Source: Candidatus Limnocylindrales bacterium
GTDB lineage: Bacteria; Chloroflexota; Limnocylindria; Limnocylindrales; CSP1-4
Direction: 5' to 3'
DNA: 64,000 bases
NCBI GenBank assembly: GCA_035693145.1
Contig: DASSHA010000161.1
Span: 12,310 to 76,309, forward strand
The notes beneath the pieces are model-generated. The model was not told where the DNA came from and ran no database searches. It saw only the letters and a list, made by a program, of their open reading frames with translations. Of this stretch, positions 10,374 to 21,216 are shown in pieces. A program made the translations under genes and the position numbers. Within the stretch, counting starts at the first letter, position 1, and the number at the start of each line of letters is the position of its first letter.

Positions 10374-12091
10374 CAGGTCGGCCCGGCGTCGTTGGGGTCA
10401 TCTGCGGTGTCGGCCTCGAGCACCTTCGACCCGGGCCCCGTGCCATGCCGGAGGGCGGCGGGATCGACCCCCAGTCGGCGCATTCGCTCGTCGAACACCG
10501 GCCGCTCCGACGTGATCGGTGGCAGGGCGACGAAGTTGTGGTGGGGCGGCGGCGAGCTGGTCGCCCATTCGAGCGAGTTGCCTTCCCACGGGTCCGGACC
10601 TGCCGTCGGCGGTCGGCGGAGCGCGAGCACGATGGCGAGGAAGAACGGGATCGTTCCGAGGCCGAGGATCGTCGCGCCGACGGTCGACAGGACGTTGAGC
10701 GAACCCCATCCGGTCGACGCCGCATAGTCGGCGATCCGGCGGGGCATGCCGTCGACGCCCAGCTGGTACTGCGGGATGAACGTCAGCGTGAACCCGATCA
10801 TCCAGGCGGCCCAGTGGATTCGGCCGAGCCGTTCGTCGAGGAACCGACCGCTCATCTTCGGGAACCAGTAGTAGACACCGGCGAAGGCGCCGAAGACCGT
10901 CGCGCCGATCATCACGTTGTGCATGTGGGCGACGACGAAGTACGTGTCCTGGAAGTCGAAGTCGAGCGGCGCCGAGGCGAGCATGACGCCCGTGACGCCG
11001 CCGACCACGAAGATGTAGATGAGCCCGACCGCGAACAGCAGCGGGGTCGCCAGACGCAACCGACCGCCCCACATCGTGGCCGTCCAGTTGAAGATCTTGA
11101 TGCCGGTCGGCACGGCGATGAGGAACGACATCAGGCTGAAGAACGGCAGGTTGATGAACCCGGTCGTGAACATGTGGTGCGCCCAGACGGTCATCGACAG
11201 ACCCGCGATGGCGATCGTGGCGAGGATGACGAATCGATAGCCGAACAACGGCTTTCGACTGAAGACCGGGAAGATCTCGGAGACGATGCCGAACCCCGGC
11301 AGCGCGATGATGTAGACCTCGGGGTGCCCGAAGAACCAGAACAGGTGCTGGTACAGGACGGGGTCGCCGCCGCGCGCGGGGTCGAAGATGCCACCCGAGA
11401 AGTGCCGATCGATGAAGAGCATCGCGAGCGCGGCGGTCAGGGGCGGGAACGCGAGCAGCATCATGACGGCGGTCACGAGGATGTTCCAGGTGAAGATCGG
11501 CATCCGGAACATCCGCATCCCGGGCGCGCGACGACCGTAGATCGTGGTGATGAGGTTGACCGCGCCGAGGACCGTCGAGACGCCGGTCAGGAGGAGCCCG
11601 GCGATCCACAGGTCGAAGCCGGGGCCCGGCGCGTACGGGTTCTCGCTCAACGGCGCGTAGGCCGTCCAGCCGGTCGCGGCGGCACCGCCCGCGGTCCCGA
11701 AGCCGAGCAACGTGACGATCGCGCCGAACAAAAACATCCAGAACGTGAGCGCGTTGAGTCGGGGGAACGCCATGTCCGCTGCGCCGATCTGGAGCGGGAT
11801 CATGTAGTTCGCGAACCCGATCACGGACGGGGTCGAGAACAGCAGCAGCATGATCGTGCCGTGCATCGTGAACAGCTGGTCGTACGTCGACGTGTCGATC
11901 ACCTGCTGCCCGGGCTGAGCGAGCTCGAGGCGCATGACCTCGGCCATCAGCCCGGCGATGGCGAACAGCGCGAACGACGCCGTCAGGTAGAGCACGCCGA
12001 TCGCCTTGTGATCGGTCGTCGTGAGCCAGCCGACGAGATCGAAGCCCGTCCCTCGACGATCGATTCTCGCGACGTCGGTGACCGCGGCCAT
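10373..12091 (-). CDS. ctaD: cytochrome c oxidase (aa3) subunit I
   Basis: Carries [20 protein letters not shown] and [11 protein letters not shown] motifs. ATG 12091 overlaps the ctaC stop (ATGA). The 37 extra codons of the listed ORF are Arg-rich. Confidence 0.95.
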   Translation of the reverse strand: MAAVTDVARIDRRGTGFDLVGWLTTTDHKAIGVLYLTASFALFAIAGLMAEVMRLELAQPGQQVIDTSTYDQLFTMHGTIMLLLFSTPSVIGFANYMIPLQIGAADMAFPRLNALTFWMFLFGAIVTLLGFGTAGGAAATGWTAYAPLSENPYAPGPGFDLWIAGLLLTGVSTVLGAVNLITTIYGRRAPGMRMFRMPIFTWNILVTAVMMLLAFPPLTAALAMLFIDRHFSGGIFDPARGGDPVLYQHLFWFFGHPEVYIIALPGFGIVSEIFPVFSRKPLFGYRFVILATIAIAGLSMTVWAHHMFTTGFINLPFFSLMSFLIAVPTGIKIFNWTATMWGGRLRLATPLLFAVGLIYIFVVGGVTGVMLASAPLDFDFQDTYFVVAHMHNVMIGATVFGAFAGVYYWFPKMSGRFLDERLGRIHWAAWMIGFTLTFIPQYQLGVDGMPRRIADYAASTGWGSLNVLSTVGATILGLGTIPFFLAIVLALRRPPTAGPDPWEGNSLEWATSSPPPHHNFVALPPITSERPVFDERMRRLGVDPAALRHGTGPGSKVLEADTADDPNDAGPT

Positions 12092-12816
12092 CAGGGCTGA
12101 CTCGACTTGTGCGTGGCGACCCACGCGTCGTACTCGGGACGACTGACGGCGCGGACGGAGAACGTCATCGCGTCGTGGTAGACGCCGCAGAATTCGGCGC
12201 ATTGCCCGCGGTACGTCCCGGCCTCCTCGACGGTGAAGTCGAAATCGGACGTTCGACCGGCGATCGCGTCGCGCTTGAAGAGGAATTGCGGGACCCAGAA
12301 CGCGTGGTTCACGTCCCTCGCGGGCGACATCAGGCTCACGTGCACGGGCTCACCGACCGGAACGACCATCTCCGGGTCGTTCCCGATCTGGCCGACCACG
12401 CGTACGCCGTCCACGGGGTAGTCGAACTGCCACTGCCAACGGAACGCCGTGACGTTGACGGTGATCCCAGTCTCGGGACTTCGGGCCAGCACGGTGTTGA
12501 GCGTCAGGAGGGTGAGGCCGAACAGGCCGAGCACGGCGAGCAGCGGGACGCCGGTCCAGATCGACTCGATCACCGTGTTGCCGACGATCTGCTTCGGCAT
12601 CCCCCGGGCACGTCGACCGCGGATGATCGCGATGGTCACGAGCGTCCAGACGAGGACGGCGACGAAGATGCCGCCCCAGGCGAACACGAGGTAGAGGTTT
12701 CCGATGGCCTTGCCCTGGCTCGTGGGGCTCGCCGGAAGGCACGCCGCAACGCCGACGGCGAGCGCGCCCGCGAGGACGGCGGTGCCCAGCGTTCGGGACC
12801 GGCGCGCAGCGCTCAC
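12091..12816 (-). CDS. ctaC: cytochrome c oxidase subunit II
   Basis: CuA site [14 protein letters not shown], a lipoprotein-like signal (LAVGVAAC) and two TM segments. GTG 12816 overlaps the qcrB stop (GTGA). Confidence 0.9.
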   Translation of the reverse strand: MSAARRSRTLGTAVLAGALAVGVAACLPASPTSQGKAIGNLYLVFAWGGIFVAVLVWTLVTIAIIRGRRARGMPKQIVGNTVIESIWTGVPLLAVLGLFGLTLLTLNTVLARSPETGITVNVTAFRWQWQFDYPVDGVRVVGQIGNDPEMVVPVGEPVHVSLMSPARDVNHAFWVPQFLFKRDAIAGRTSDFDFTVEEAGTYRGQCAEFCGVYHDAMTFSVRAVSRPEYDAWVATHKSSQP

Positions 12817-14207
12817 GGTCGATCCGCCTCCTCGAACCCACCGCCGGCGTTGCGGCGCAGCCGAGTCCCGGCCGGCGACTCGAGCGTCCCCGCGGGTCGT
12901 GACCGCCGGCCCTTCGCGAGTCGCCAGACGAACAGCCACGTGATGACGGGGACGACGAAGATCAGGATCTGGAGGACCTGCGTGATCGCCTCGGCCGAAA
13001 CCGACAGGAGCACGCCCAGGACGTCGTTCGCGCCGGCGAGCATGACGACGACGAGGAAGGCGATCCCTGCCGCGCCGGTCGCCGTCCGGATCGGCGTCTC
13101 CCATGGCCAGTCGAGCAGGTTGTGCATCCGATGATCACCGGTGATCCGGGCCTCGATGAACGGCCACAGGAGCAGGACGGTGAACAGGATCCCTGGCACG
13201 ACCACCCCCGGCAGGAACGGCGTCGGGATCGTGATCCCGAAGATCGTCGGCTCGATCGCGGGCCCAAGGCGGAGCAGGCCCTCGAGCCAGCCGACGTACC
13301 AGTCCGGCTGGGACGGGCTGCTGACCGTCCACGGCAGGTACGGCCCGTAGAGCCAGACGGGGTTGATCTGGATGAGCCCCGCGAGCAGCGCGACGGCGGC
13401 GGCGATCCCGAAGAACAGCCCGACCGACCGGAAGACCTGGCCCGGCCAGAACGGCAGCCCGACGACGTTGTTCTCGCGGCGCGGGCCGACCTTGTACTGG
13501 GTGTGCTTCTGGACGAACACGAGCAGCAGGTGCGTCCCGATCCCGCCGATGAACAGGCCCGGCAGGAGCATGACGTGGAAGACGAACAGGCGGCTGATGA
13601 GGTCCGGCGTCGGGAACTCGCCGCCGAACAGGAGCGAGGCGACCCAAGGCCCGATGAACGGGATCGAGAGCGCACCCGAGTAGATGATCCGAAGCCCCGT
13701 CCCCGACAGGAGGTCGTCGGGCAGCGAGTAGCCGGTGATCCCCTCGCCCAGCGCGAACAGGAGCAGCCCGATCCCGATCGCCCAGTTGATCTCGCGCGGC
13801 TTGCGGAACGCGCCGGTGAAGAAGACGCGTGCCATGTGGACGCCGATCGAGGCGAGGAACACGAGCGCCGTCCAGTGGTGGATCTGGCGCATGAGGAGGC
13901 CCGCGCGGACCTCGAACGAGAGCCGCATGACCGATGCGAACGCGGCCGACGTCTCGGTCCCGGCCAGCGGCACGTACGGGCCCTGGTAGGTGGTCGGGCG
14001 CGCGTCCGGGGTGTAGAAGAACGTCAGGAACGTGCCCGTCGCGACGAGGATGACGAAGCAGAACAGCGCGACCTCGCCGAGCAGGAACGTCCAATGGTCC
14101 GGGAACACCTTGCGCAGCACCGTTCGCGCGTAGCGCTCCGATCCGGTCCGCTCGTCGAACCAGTTCGCGACCCGCTCGAGCTCGGTCGGTCGATCGTCGG
14201 CGGTCAT
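12813..14207 (-). CDS. qcrB: cytochrome bc (bcc) complex cytochrome b subunit
   Basis: Begins MTADDRPTELERVANWFDERTG...VFPDHWTFLLGEVALF, with a multi-TM cytochrome b body. ATG 14207 overlaps the qcrA stop (ATGA). Confidence 0.9.
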   Translation of the reverse strand: MTADDRPTELERVANWFDERTGSERYARTVLRKVFPDHWTFLLGEVALFCFVILVATGTFLTFFYTPDARPTTYQGPYVPLAGTETSAAFASVMRLSFEVRAGLLMRQIHHWTALVFLASIGVHMARVFFTGAFRKPREINWAIGIGLLLFALGEGITGYSLPDDLLSGTGLRIIYSGALSIPFIGPWVASLLFGGEFPTPDLISRLFVFHVMLLPGLFIGGIGTHLLLVFVQKHTQYKVGPRRENNVVGLPFWPGQVFRSVGLFFGIAAAVALLAGLIQINPVWLYGPYLPWTVSSPSQPDWYVGWLEGLLRLGPAIEPTIFGITIPTPFLPGVVVPGILFTVLLLWPFIEARITGDHRMHNLLDWPWETPIRTATGAAGIAFLVVVMLAGANDVLGVLLSVSAEAITQVLQILIFVVPVITWLFVWRLAKGRRSRPAGTLESPAGTRLRRNAGGGFEEADRP

Positions 14208-15073
14208 CCGTTCGAACCCGAATGAACGTTCCAGAAGCTCGGCCCGATGGGCGCCGGGAAGTCGCCGAGCGCGACGAACGTCCCATCCGCCTGGCGTTGG
14301 ATCGGAAGCTGTGGCAGCGGGCGGACGGCCGGTCCGAACGTCGGTACGGCTCCGCGCAGGACATCGAACGTCGACTGATGGCACGGGCAGATGAGGCTGT
14401 GGATGTTCGCCCGGTACAACGCGACCGGGCAGCCGGCGTGGGTGCATACCTTCGAATAGGCGACGTATCCGTCGGGCGCCCACGCCGCGCGGTCCGACGG
14501 CAGCTCGAGCAGACCCGGGTCGACCCGGATCAGCAGGGTCTGGCCGTCGGCCGAGCCCGGGAATCCCTCCGGGAAGACCGTCAGCACGCCCTCGACCGGA
14601 AGATCGTCCGCGTTCACGGGCGCACCGTCCGGGCCGACGAGGCGAAGACCCCGCTTCCAGGGCGTCTCGAATAGGCTGCTTCCCGGTGCGGGACCGAGCG
14701 ACAGCACGGGGATCGCGAGGGCCGCGGCGAGACCCCCGAACGCTGCGCCGAGCATGCCGAGCAGCGCACGTCGCCGGGTGATCCCCTCGCGGACGACGGT
14801 CGCCGTCGGATCATCCTCGTCGGCCGACGGGCTGGCGAGGGGCTCGCGCTCCTCGATCAGCTCGTGGTCGGGCAGGAGCTCGTGACCCCAGACGACGATG
14901 CCGACCGCGATCCCGCCGAGCGAGAGCATGAGCAGGACGCCCTCGATCTGGGTCTGACCGCCGAGCGCATAGACGATCAGCAGGCAGAGCCCCGCGACGG
15001 CCGCCACGCCAAAGGCGATGGCCACGGTCGCCTCAGCTCTCGATCCGAACGGTGATCGGACGGTCGGGCTCAC
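14204..15073 (-). CDS. qcrA: Rieske iron-sulfur subunit of the bcc complex
   Basis: Rieske boxes CTHAGCP and CPCHQSTF, with N-terminal TM helices. GTG 15073 overlaps the qcrC stop (GTGA). Confidence 0.9.
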   Translation of the reverse strand: MSPTVRSPFGSRAEATVAIAFGVAAVAGLCLLIVYALGGQTQIEGVLLMLSLGGIAVGIVVWGHELLPDHELIEEREPLASPSADEDDPTATVVREGITRRRALLGMLGAAFGGLAAALAIPVLSLGPAPGSSLFETPWKRGLRLVGPDGAPVNADDLPVEGVLTVFPEGFPGSADGQTLLIRVDPGLLELPSDRAAWAPDGYVAYSKVCTHAGCPVALYRANIHSLICPCHQSTFDVLRGAVPTFGPAVRPLPQLPIQRQADGTFVALGDFPAPIGPSFWNVHSGSNG

Positions 15074-15966
15074 TCGTCCGCCCTCGGACCGAGCGGCGCA
15101 TCGCCCGCTCCGTCCGCCTGTCCACGCGCAATCCATCGAGCGAGCGCGAGGAGCGTCAGCAGGCCGACGAAGAGGGCGAGGAAACCTTCGGCAACCGGCC
15201 CGACCTCCGCGACAGCCAGGCCACCGGGGTGTGGCGGGCTCTTGAGCGACTCCACGTACGCGACGAGGTCGTTGAGCTGGTCCTGGGGGAGGTCGAAAAC
15301 GGGCATCGGGCCGGGCCCGCTCACGACGGCCTCGGCGACCGTCCGCGGGTCCGATTGGTAGAGCGGCGGCGCGACGAAGTTCCCGCCGACGGCGCCGCCC
15401 GCGCCCGTCGCACCGTGGCATGCCGCGCAGTTCGCCGTGTAGAGCGATCGACCGGCGGCGAGATCCGTGCCATCCGTCGTCACGTTCGGGATCGCCTTGC
15501 CCGCGCCGAGCGAGCTCACGTACGCGACGACGGCGTCGATCGATGCAGCGTCGAGCACCGGGGGACCACGCCGGACGGGCTGATTCGGGTCGGCGAGCGG
15601 CATTCGCCCGGTCCGCAGGACGAAATCCGTGAGCGCTGCCCCGGCGTCGGCGATGGCCGGCGCGCTCGGGCCGCCCTCCCCCTGCGCGCCGTGGCACGCG
15701 GCGCACGTCTGGAGAAAGATCGAGCGGCCGGCCGCCGCCGTCGTCACCGTTCCGCTCGCCCCCGGTCCGGTCGCACCCGGGCTCGCCGACGGATCGGCGC
15801 CCTGGACGCCGGTCGGGCCGAACACACCGAACGCGACGATCGCGGCACCGGCAACCAGCGCCGCGGCGGCGAGGAGCCCGCGGATCCCTCCCCCGCGCGG
15901 ACGGGCGGTTACGCTCCGCGCGATGGACGACTCAGCGTCGCGCGCGACGTGATCACGTCCGCCCAT
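15070..15966 (-). CDS. qcrC: dihaem cytochrome c subunit of the bcc complex
   Basis: Two CxxCH sites (CAACHGAQ and CAACHGAT), an N-terminal TM segment and a C-terminal TM anchor. ATG 15966 is the first start after the junk-like upstream part of the listed ORF. Confidence 0.85.
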   Translation of the reverse strand: MGGRDHVARDAESSIARSVTARPRGGGIRGLLAAAALVAGAAIVAFGVFGPTGVQGADPSASPGATGPGASGTVTTAAAGRSIFLQTCAACHGAQGEGGPSAPAIADAGAALTDFVLRTGRMPLADPNQPVRRGPPVLDAASIDAVVAYVSSLGAGKAIPNVTTDGTDLAAGRSLYTANCAACHGATGAGGAVGGNFVAPPLYQSDPRTVAEAVVSGPGPMPVFDLPQDQLNDLVAYVESLKSPPHPGGLAVAEVGPVAEGFLALFVGLLTLLALARWIARGQADGAGDAPLGPRADE

Positions 15967-16308
15967 GCGTGGCTGGCTGCCGGAACGGCGGTGGCCTGCG
16001 CGGCGCTGCTCTTGGGCGCGGTCTCGCTCCGCTTCGGGTCGACCGGCGCGCGCTTCCTGGTGGACCGCGCGATCCTCGTCGGCGTGGCGCTCGTCGCGAT
16101 CGACGCCCTGGTCGGCATCGCGCTCCTGGCGGTCGGTCACGCTCCGATGGACCTCCTCCACGTCGTCTATGGAGGCGTCGCGCTCGTCGTGCTCCCGGCG
16201 GCGAGGTGGGCCGGTCGTTCGAGCGATCTGCGACGCCGCGCATTGTGGGTCGCTGCGGGCTGCGTGGTCCTGCTCGGGGTGCTGCTCCGGCTCGCACAGA
16301 CGGGCTGA
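15949..16308 (+). CDS. small hydrophobic membrane protein (about 119 aa), start uncertain
   Basis: This is the C-terminal part of listed ORF 15052..16308: VITSAHAWLAAGTAVACAALLLGAVSL...VVLLGVLLRLAQTG. It has 3-4 predicted TM segments and strongly GC-rich third positions. All reverse frames here look like junk. GTG 15949 overlaps the qcrC 5' end by 18 nt on the opposite strand; later starts (about 15991, or ATG about 16147) are possible. Confidence 0.45.
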   Translation: MITSAHAWLAAGTAVACAALLLGAVSLRFGSTGARFLVDRAILVGVALVAIDALVGIALLAVGHAPMDLLHVVYGGVALVVLPAARWAGRSSDLRRRALWVAAGCVVLLGVLLRLAQTG

Positions 16309-16440
16309 GCCGCTCCTGATCCTCACCCTGGCGAGTCCGAGGCTACTGCGCGGGGCACGATCCGCGCCTTGCACCGGGCTATCAGCCGGATGGGCGGGCG
16401 GGTGCGCCGATCCGAGCTCCGGTGTCGCTGCGACCCGGGC

Positions 16441-16500
16441 GCGCGTGGCAGGCGCGTGGTTGGGCGCGTGGCGGGCGCGTGGCGGGCGCGTGGCGTGGCG
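16441..16500. repeat. tandem repeat, about 5 copies of an 11-12-nt unit GCGCGTGGCGG
   Basis: Read directly: GCGCGTGGCAG GCGCGTGGTTGG GCGCGTGGCGG GCGCGTGGCGG GCGCGTGGCGTGGCG. Confidence 0.8.
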
Positions 16501-16714
16501 TACCCGGGGCGGGCCGCGGGCGGCGCCGCGTCAACGAGGCAGCGTTGCCTCACGGGTCATGAATTCGACACCGTGCGGGCCGGTTGTTCTCTGCCGGGCA
16601 CCGTCACGACACGCAGCCGCCGTGCGTGACGTCGCTCCGTGACTCCACAGGCAACGTTCGTGCCCGCCGACGTCGAGATCGTGCCATGCCGTGCAACGCC
16701 GGCGGCAAGGGGGC

Positions 16715-16832
16715 GGCCACGGGAGCGAGTCGGCCGAGAGGGTGCAGGCAGGGATCAGGCGTTGACGGGACGGGCGCCGGCCGCGGGTGCCGGCCACGGG
16801 AGCGGGTCGGCCGAGAGGGGCCGCCGCCGGGA

Positions 16833-16839
<7 letters not shown>
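16715..16839. repeat. direct repeat of 47/48 nt (16715-16761 and 16792-16839)
   Basis: Consensus GGCCACGGGAGCG[A/G]GTCGGCCGAGAGGG...GGGATCAGGCG. The first 28 nt differ at 1 position, the last 11 nt are identical and the central 8-9 nt have diverged. Copy 2 contains the clpX stop codon. Confidence 0.8.
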
Positions 16840-18142
<1,303 letters not shown>

Positions 18143-18146
<4 letters not shown>

Positions 18147-18835
18147 CGCGTCGCCCCCTCGTCCTTCGCCCGCTTCGGCGATGGCCCGGCGTCCTCAACG
18201 ACGGCCGGCTCCACTTCGGTCGCCTCGGAGTCGTGATGCTGCGCCGTCAGCGAGTCCCAAGTGACCGAATAGACGGCGTCGATGATGCCATAGTCCTTCG
18301 CCTCGTCGGGAGACATGAAATAGTCCCGATCGGTGTCCTTGACGACCTTGTCGAGCGGCTGGCCGGTGTGCTTGGCGAGGATCTCGTGGTTGCGCTGAAC
18401 GAGGAACTCCCATTCCTTCATCTGGATCATCGCGTCGGGCGCGTTGCCACGGAAGCCACCCGATCCCTGGTGGATCATCACCCGCCCGTTCGGCAGGGCG
18501 AACCGCTTGCCCTTCGCGCCGGCGGACAGGAGCACGGCTGCCATCGAGGCTGCCATCCCGATGCAGATCGTGCTGACCGGCGCTCGGACGTACTGCATCG
18601 TGTCGTAGATCGCGAGCCCGGCGGTGACGACGCCGCCCGGCGAGTTGATGTACAGGTAGATGTCCTTCTCCGGGTCCTCCGAATCGAGGAACAGGAGCTG
18701 GGCGATGATCAGGTTGGCGACGTGATCCTCGACCGCGTCGCCGAGGAAGATGATCCGCTCCCGAAGCAGCCGCGAGTAGATGTCGTACGCGCGCTCACCA
18801 CGGCTGGTGGACTCGATGACCATCGGGACGAGCAT
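18143..18835 (-). CDS. clpP: ATP-dependent Clp protease proteolytic subunit, with a C-terminal extension of about 40 aa
   Basis: Carries [33 protein letters not shown] and [14 protein letters not shown] lies upstream of ATG 18835. Confidence 0.95.
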
Positions 18836-18880
18836 CTGACGCTCCTTCGGGCGGGCGGCTGAGGCAGGAGGCGAACGGCG

Positions 18881-20404
18881 TCAGCCCGGCCGGGCGTGCG
18901 CCGGCTCCTCCGTCGGTTCGACTTCGCGTTCGTGGACGTGCTCGGCGGACTCGTCGTCGTGCAGGTGGTCGTGCTCGTGCGCCGACAGCGGATGGCCCTC
19001 GTCGGCCATCACCGAGCCCGGATCCGTCGCACCGATCGACGCCGCGGAGCGGACGGCGTCCGCATCGATCGCCGACGGCCGGTCGTCCTCGAGGTGCGGC
19101 AGCGCCGGATGATCCGGGTGCGCCGCAAGCCAGTCGTCGATCAGCTTCTCGACGACGCGGGTCCGCCGAAGGGTGCTGCGGATGAAACTCCGGCCACGCT
19201 CGCTCTCGAAGTAGCGGATGAGCCGGGGGTTGCCCTCGTAGCGCTGGCGCGCCTGTTCGATCTCGCCCTCGACGGCCTCGTCGGGGACCGTCATGCCGAG
19301 TGTCTCGGCGATCTTCGACAGCACGAGCAGCACCTTCACGCGTTGCTCGGCCTGTGGCCGGAACTCCGCGTGGAGATCCTTGTCCGTCTTCTCGGTCGCC
19401 TTGAGATACGCCTCCTCGGTGATCCCCTGGCGCGCGAGGCTCGCCCGGAACTCGTCGTGCATCACCTCGACCTCCTGGTCGATGAGCACGTCCGGCAGCT
19501 CGAGCGTCGCGTTCGCGACGGCGTAGTCGATGATCCGATCCGCGAACTCGTGACGGGCGCGGTCGAGCGCGTTCCGCTCGAGGCGCTTCCGGATCTCGTC
19601 GCGGACCTCCGCAAGGTCGCTGAAGTCCCCGACCGAACGGGCGAGATCGTCGTCCTCGGGTGGCAGAACCTTCTCGCGGAGCTCGGTGAGGTGGACGGCG
19701 AACTGCGCGGCCTTGCCGGCGAGGTCCGGGACCGGGTAGTCGTCGGGGAAGGTGATGTCGAATTCGGTCGACTCACCCGGCCGCAGCCCGACGAGATGTG
19801 CCTCGAAGCCCGGGATGAGTCGCTCTTCGCCGATCACCAGCGGCATCCGCTCCGACGAGCCGCCCTCGAAGGGGACGCCGTCGCGGGTTCCCTCGTAGCC
19901 GATGACGGCATAGTCGCCCTCCTGCGCGCCGCGATCCTCGACGGCGCTGAGCGTCGCCTGCTGGTCGCGCAGGTCGTCGACGACCTTCTGGACCTTCTCG
20001 TCATCGATCGTCTGGATGTCGGGTCGGAAGTTGAAGTTCGTGTAGTCGCCCAGCGCGACCTCCGGGCGGACCGGCACGGTCGCCTTGAAGATGACCGGCT
20101 TGCCCTCCTCGGCCTGGACGATCTCGACGTCCCCGTTTGCGAGGGGGAGGATCGCCTTCTCGACGAGCGCCGCTCGGTACGCGTCCTGGACGAGATGCTC
20201 GACCGCCTCGTCCAGGACGACACCGGGGCCAAGGACGCGCTCGAGCATCGCGCGCGGCGCCTTGCCCGGCCGAAACCCGGCGACCTTCGTGCGGCGCCCG
20301 AGGCGCTGGACGGCCTGGTCGACGGCCCGACTCAGTCGCTCCGGCGGCAGCTCGACCTCGACGAGGACGGCGCTCTTCGGGGCAGGCGTGGTGGTGACGT
20401 TCAT
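18881..20404 (-). CDS. tig: trigger factor with a His/Asp/Glu-rich C-terminal tail
   Basis: Begins MNVTTTPAPKSAVLVEVELPPERL...FRPGKAPRAMLE, with an FKBP-type middle domain. The start is ATG 20404; the listed ORF start at 20503 would run into the tRNA gene. Confidence 0.9.
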   Translation of the reverse strand: MNVTTTPAPKSAVLVEVELPPERLSRAVDQAVQRLGRRTKVAGFRPGKAPRAMLERVLGPGVVLDEAVEHLVQDAYRAALVEKAILPLANGDVEIVQAEEGKPVIFKATVPVRPEVALGDYTNFNFRPDIQTIDDEKVQKVVDDLRDQQATLSAVEDRGAQEGDYAVIGYEGTRDGVPFEGGSSERMPLVIGEERLIPGFEAHLVGLRPGESTEFDITFPDDYPVPDLAGKAAQFAVHLTELREKVLPPEDDDLARSVGDFSDLAEVRDEIRKRLERNALDRARHEFADRIIDYAVANATLELPDVLIDQEVEVMHDEFRASLARQGITEEAYLKATEKTDKDLHAEFRPQAEQRVKVLLVLSKIAETLGMTVPDEAVEGEIEQARQRYEGNPRLIRYFESERGRSFIRSTLRRTRVVEKLIDDWLAAHPDHPALPHLEDDRPSAIDADAVRSAASIGATDPGSVMADEGHPLSAHEHDHLHDDESAEHVHEREVEPTEEPAHARPG

Positions 20405-20457
20405 CGGACGGTGGAGTGTACCGTCGGCCGGCGACGGCGGATGCGAGCCGGTCAGCT

Positions 20458-20545
20458 TGGTAGGCGAGGTCGGGGTCGAACCGACACGTCCCTCACGGGA
20501 CACCGGCTCCTAAGGCCGGCGCGTCTGCCATTCCGCCACTCGCCC
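20458..20545 (-). tRNA. tRNA-Leu (anticodon UAG), 88 nt, CCA encoded
   Basis: Manual cloverleaf. Acceptor stem GGGCGAG/CTCGCCT, anticodon stem CCGGC/GCCGG with loop CTTAGGA, long variable arm GTCCC-GTGA-GGGAC, T arm GTCGG-TTCGACC-CCGAC, then discriminator A and CCA. Confidence 0.9.
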
Positions 20546-20607
20546 AGCTCGAACCCTACCGACAAACCCGCACGAGCGACCGCCCATTCGGACTGCACCG
20601 GCCGCGG

Positions 20608-21216
20608 TCAGCGCGCGGGTCGTGTCCCGTCCGCTGGCGTTCTGCCGGCCGAGCCCGTCGTCGTCCCCGCCGAACCGGTCGATCCGCCGCTCGGCGCTCG
20701 CCGGCTGCGAATCGCCGACAGCGCTTCCTGGAAGTCCGGCGACTCCGGGGAGAACAGGCGCTCGGCGAGCTGCCTGCCTGCTCTCTGCGTGAGCGGACCC
20801 AGGACGCTTCCGGCGAGCAGCGAGGCAGTCGCTCCGAGGTCGCGCTTGCGGCGTTCCTCCCGGTGCGCCTCGAGATAGTCGGCGAACTCCTTGTCGAGGA
20901 CGCGGCGCACCGCGTCGCCGTCCGATCCGAGGTGCGAGAGGACGCGGTCGACGTCCTTCGGCAGCAGCCGCGCGGGAAGGTCCGCCTCGGGCCCGCGGAC
21001 GGCACGTTTTGCGCGGTGCCACAGGCGGCCCGGGCCGCCGGCGAGGAGGAACACCGCGCCGGCGGCAACGCCCGCGGTCTTCGCCGGCGCGCGCCGGACC
21101 TTCGCCGGGATGTCCACGGCGGCACGTCCGGCGCTCTCGAGCCGGTCGACCTCGTTGAGCAGCTCGGCGCGAGCCGCTACGACTTCCGCCCGAGCGGCGT
21201 CCGTTCGCGCACCCAC
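20608..21216 (-). CDS. hypothetical protein with N-terminal coiled coil and one TM segment (DUF3618-like); start uncertain
   Basis: The C-terminal two-thirds of listed ORF 20608..21765 looks coding (AEVVAARAELLNEVDRLESAGR...GVAAGAVFLLAGG...DKEFADYLEAHREERRK). GTG 21216 overlaps the upstream gene by 40 nt; GTG 21117 is the alternative start. Confidence 0.45.
   Translation of the reverse strand: MGARTDAARAEVVAARAELLNEVDRLESAGRAAVDIPAKVRRAPAKTAGVAAGAVFLLAGGPGRLWHRAKRAVRGPEADLPARLLPKDVDRVLSHLGSDGDAVRRVLDKEFADYLEAHREERRKRDLGATASLLAGSVLGPLTQRAGRQLAERLFSPESPDFQEALSAIRSRRAPSGGSTGSAGTTTGSAGRTPADGTRPAR

Noticed and set aside
16441-16500. Tandem GCGCGTGGCGG array considered as a CRISPR array.
   Set aside because: The units are only 11-12 nt and contiguous, with no spacers. 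No cas genes are present.
9767-16500. Identical 14-mer CGCGTGGCGTGGCG at 9767-9780 and 16487-16500, flanking the respiratory gene block. Considered as possible boundary repeats of an inserted block.
   Set aside because: By a rough estimate, several identical 14-mer pairs are expected by chance in 64 kb (about 2e9 position pairs against 4^14 possible 14-mers), and more in GC-biased, low-complexity sequence. No longer similarity surrounds the two copies.
15966-16830. Search for a ctaE (oxidase subunit III) gene or pseudogene upstream of qcrC.
   Set aside because: All three reverse frames give Arg/Pro-rich junk with no hydrophobic helices. The only coding-like frame is the + strand small membrane protein.
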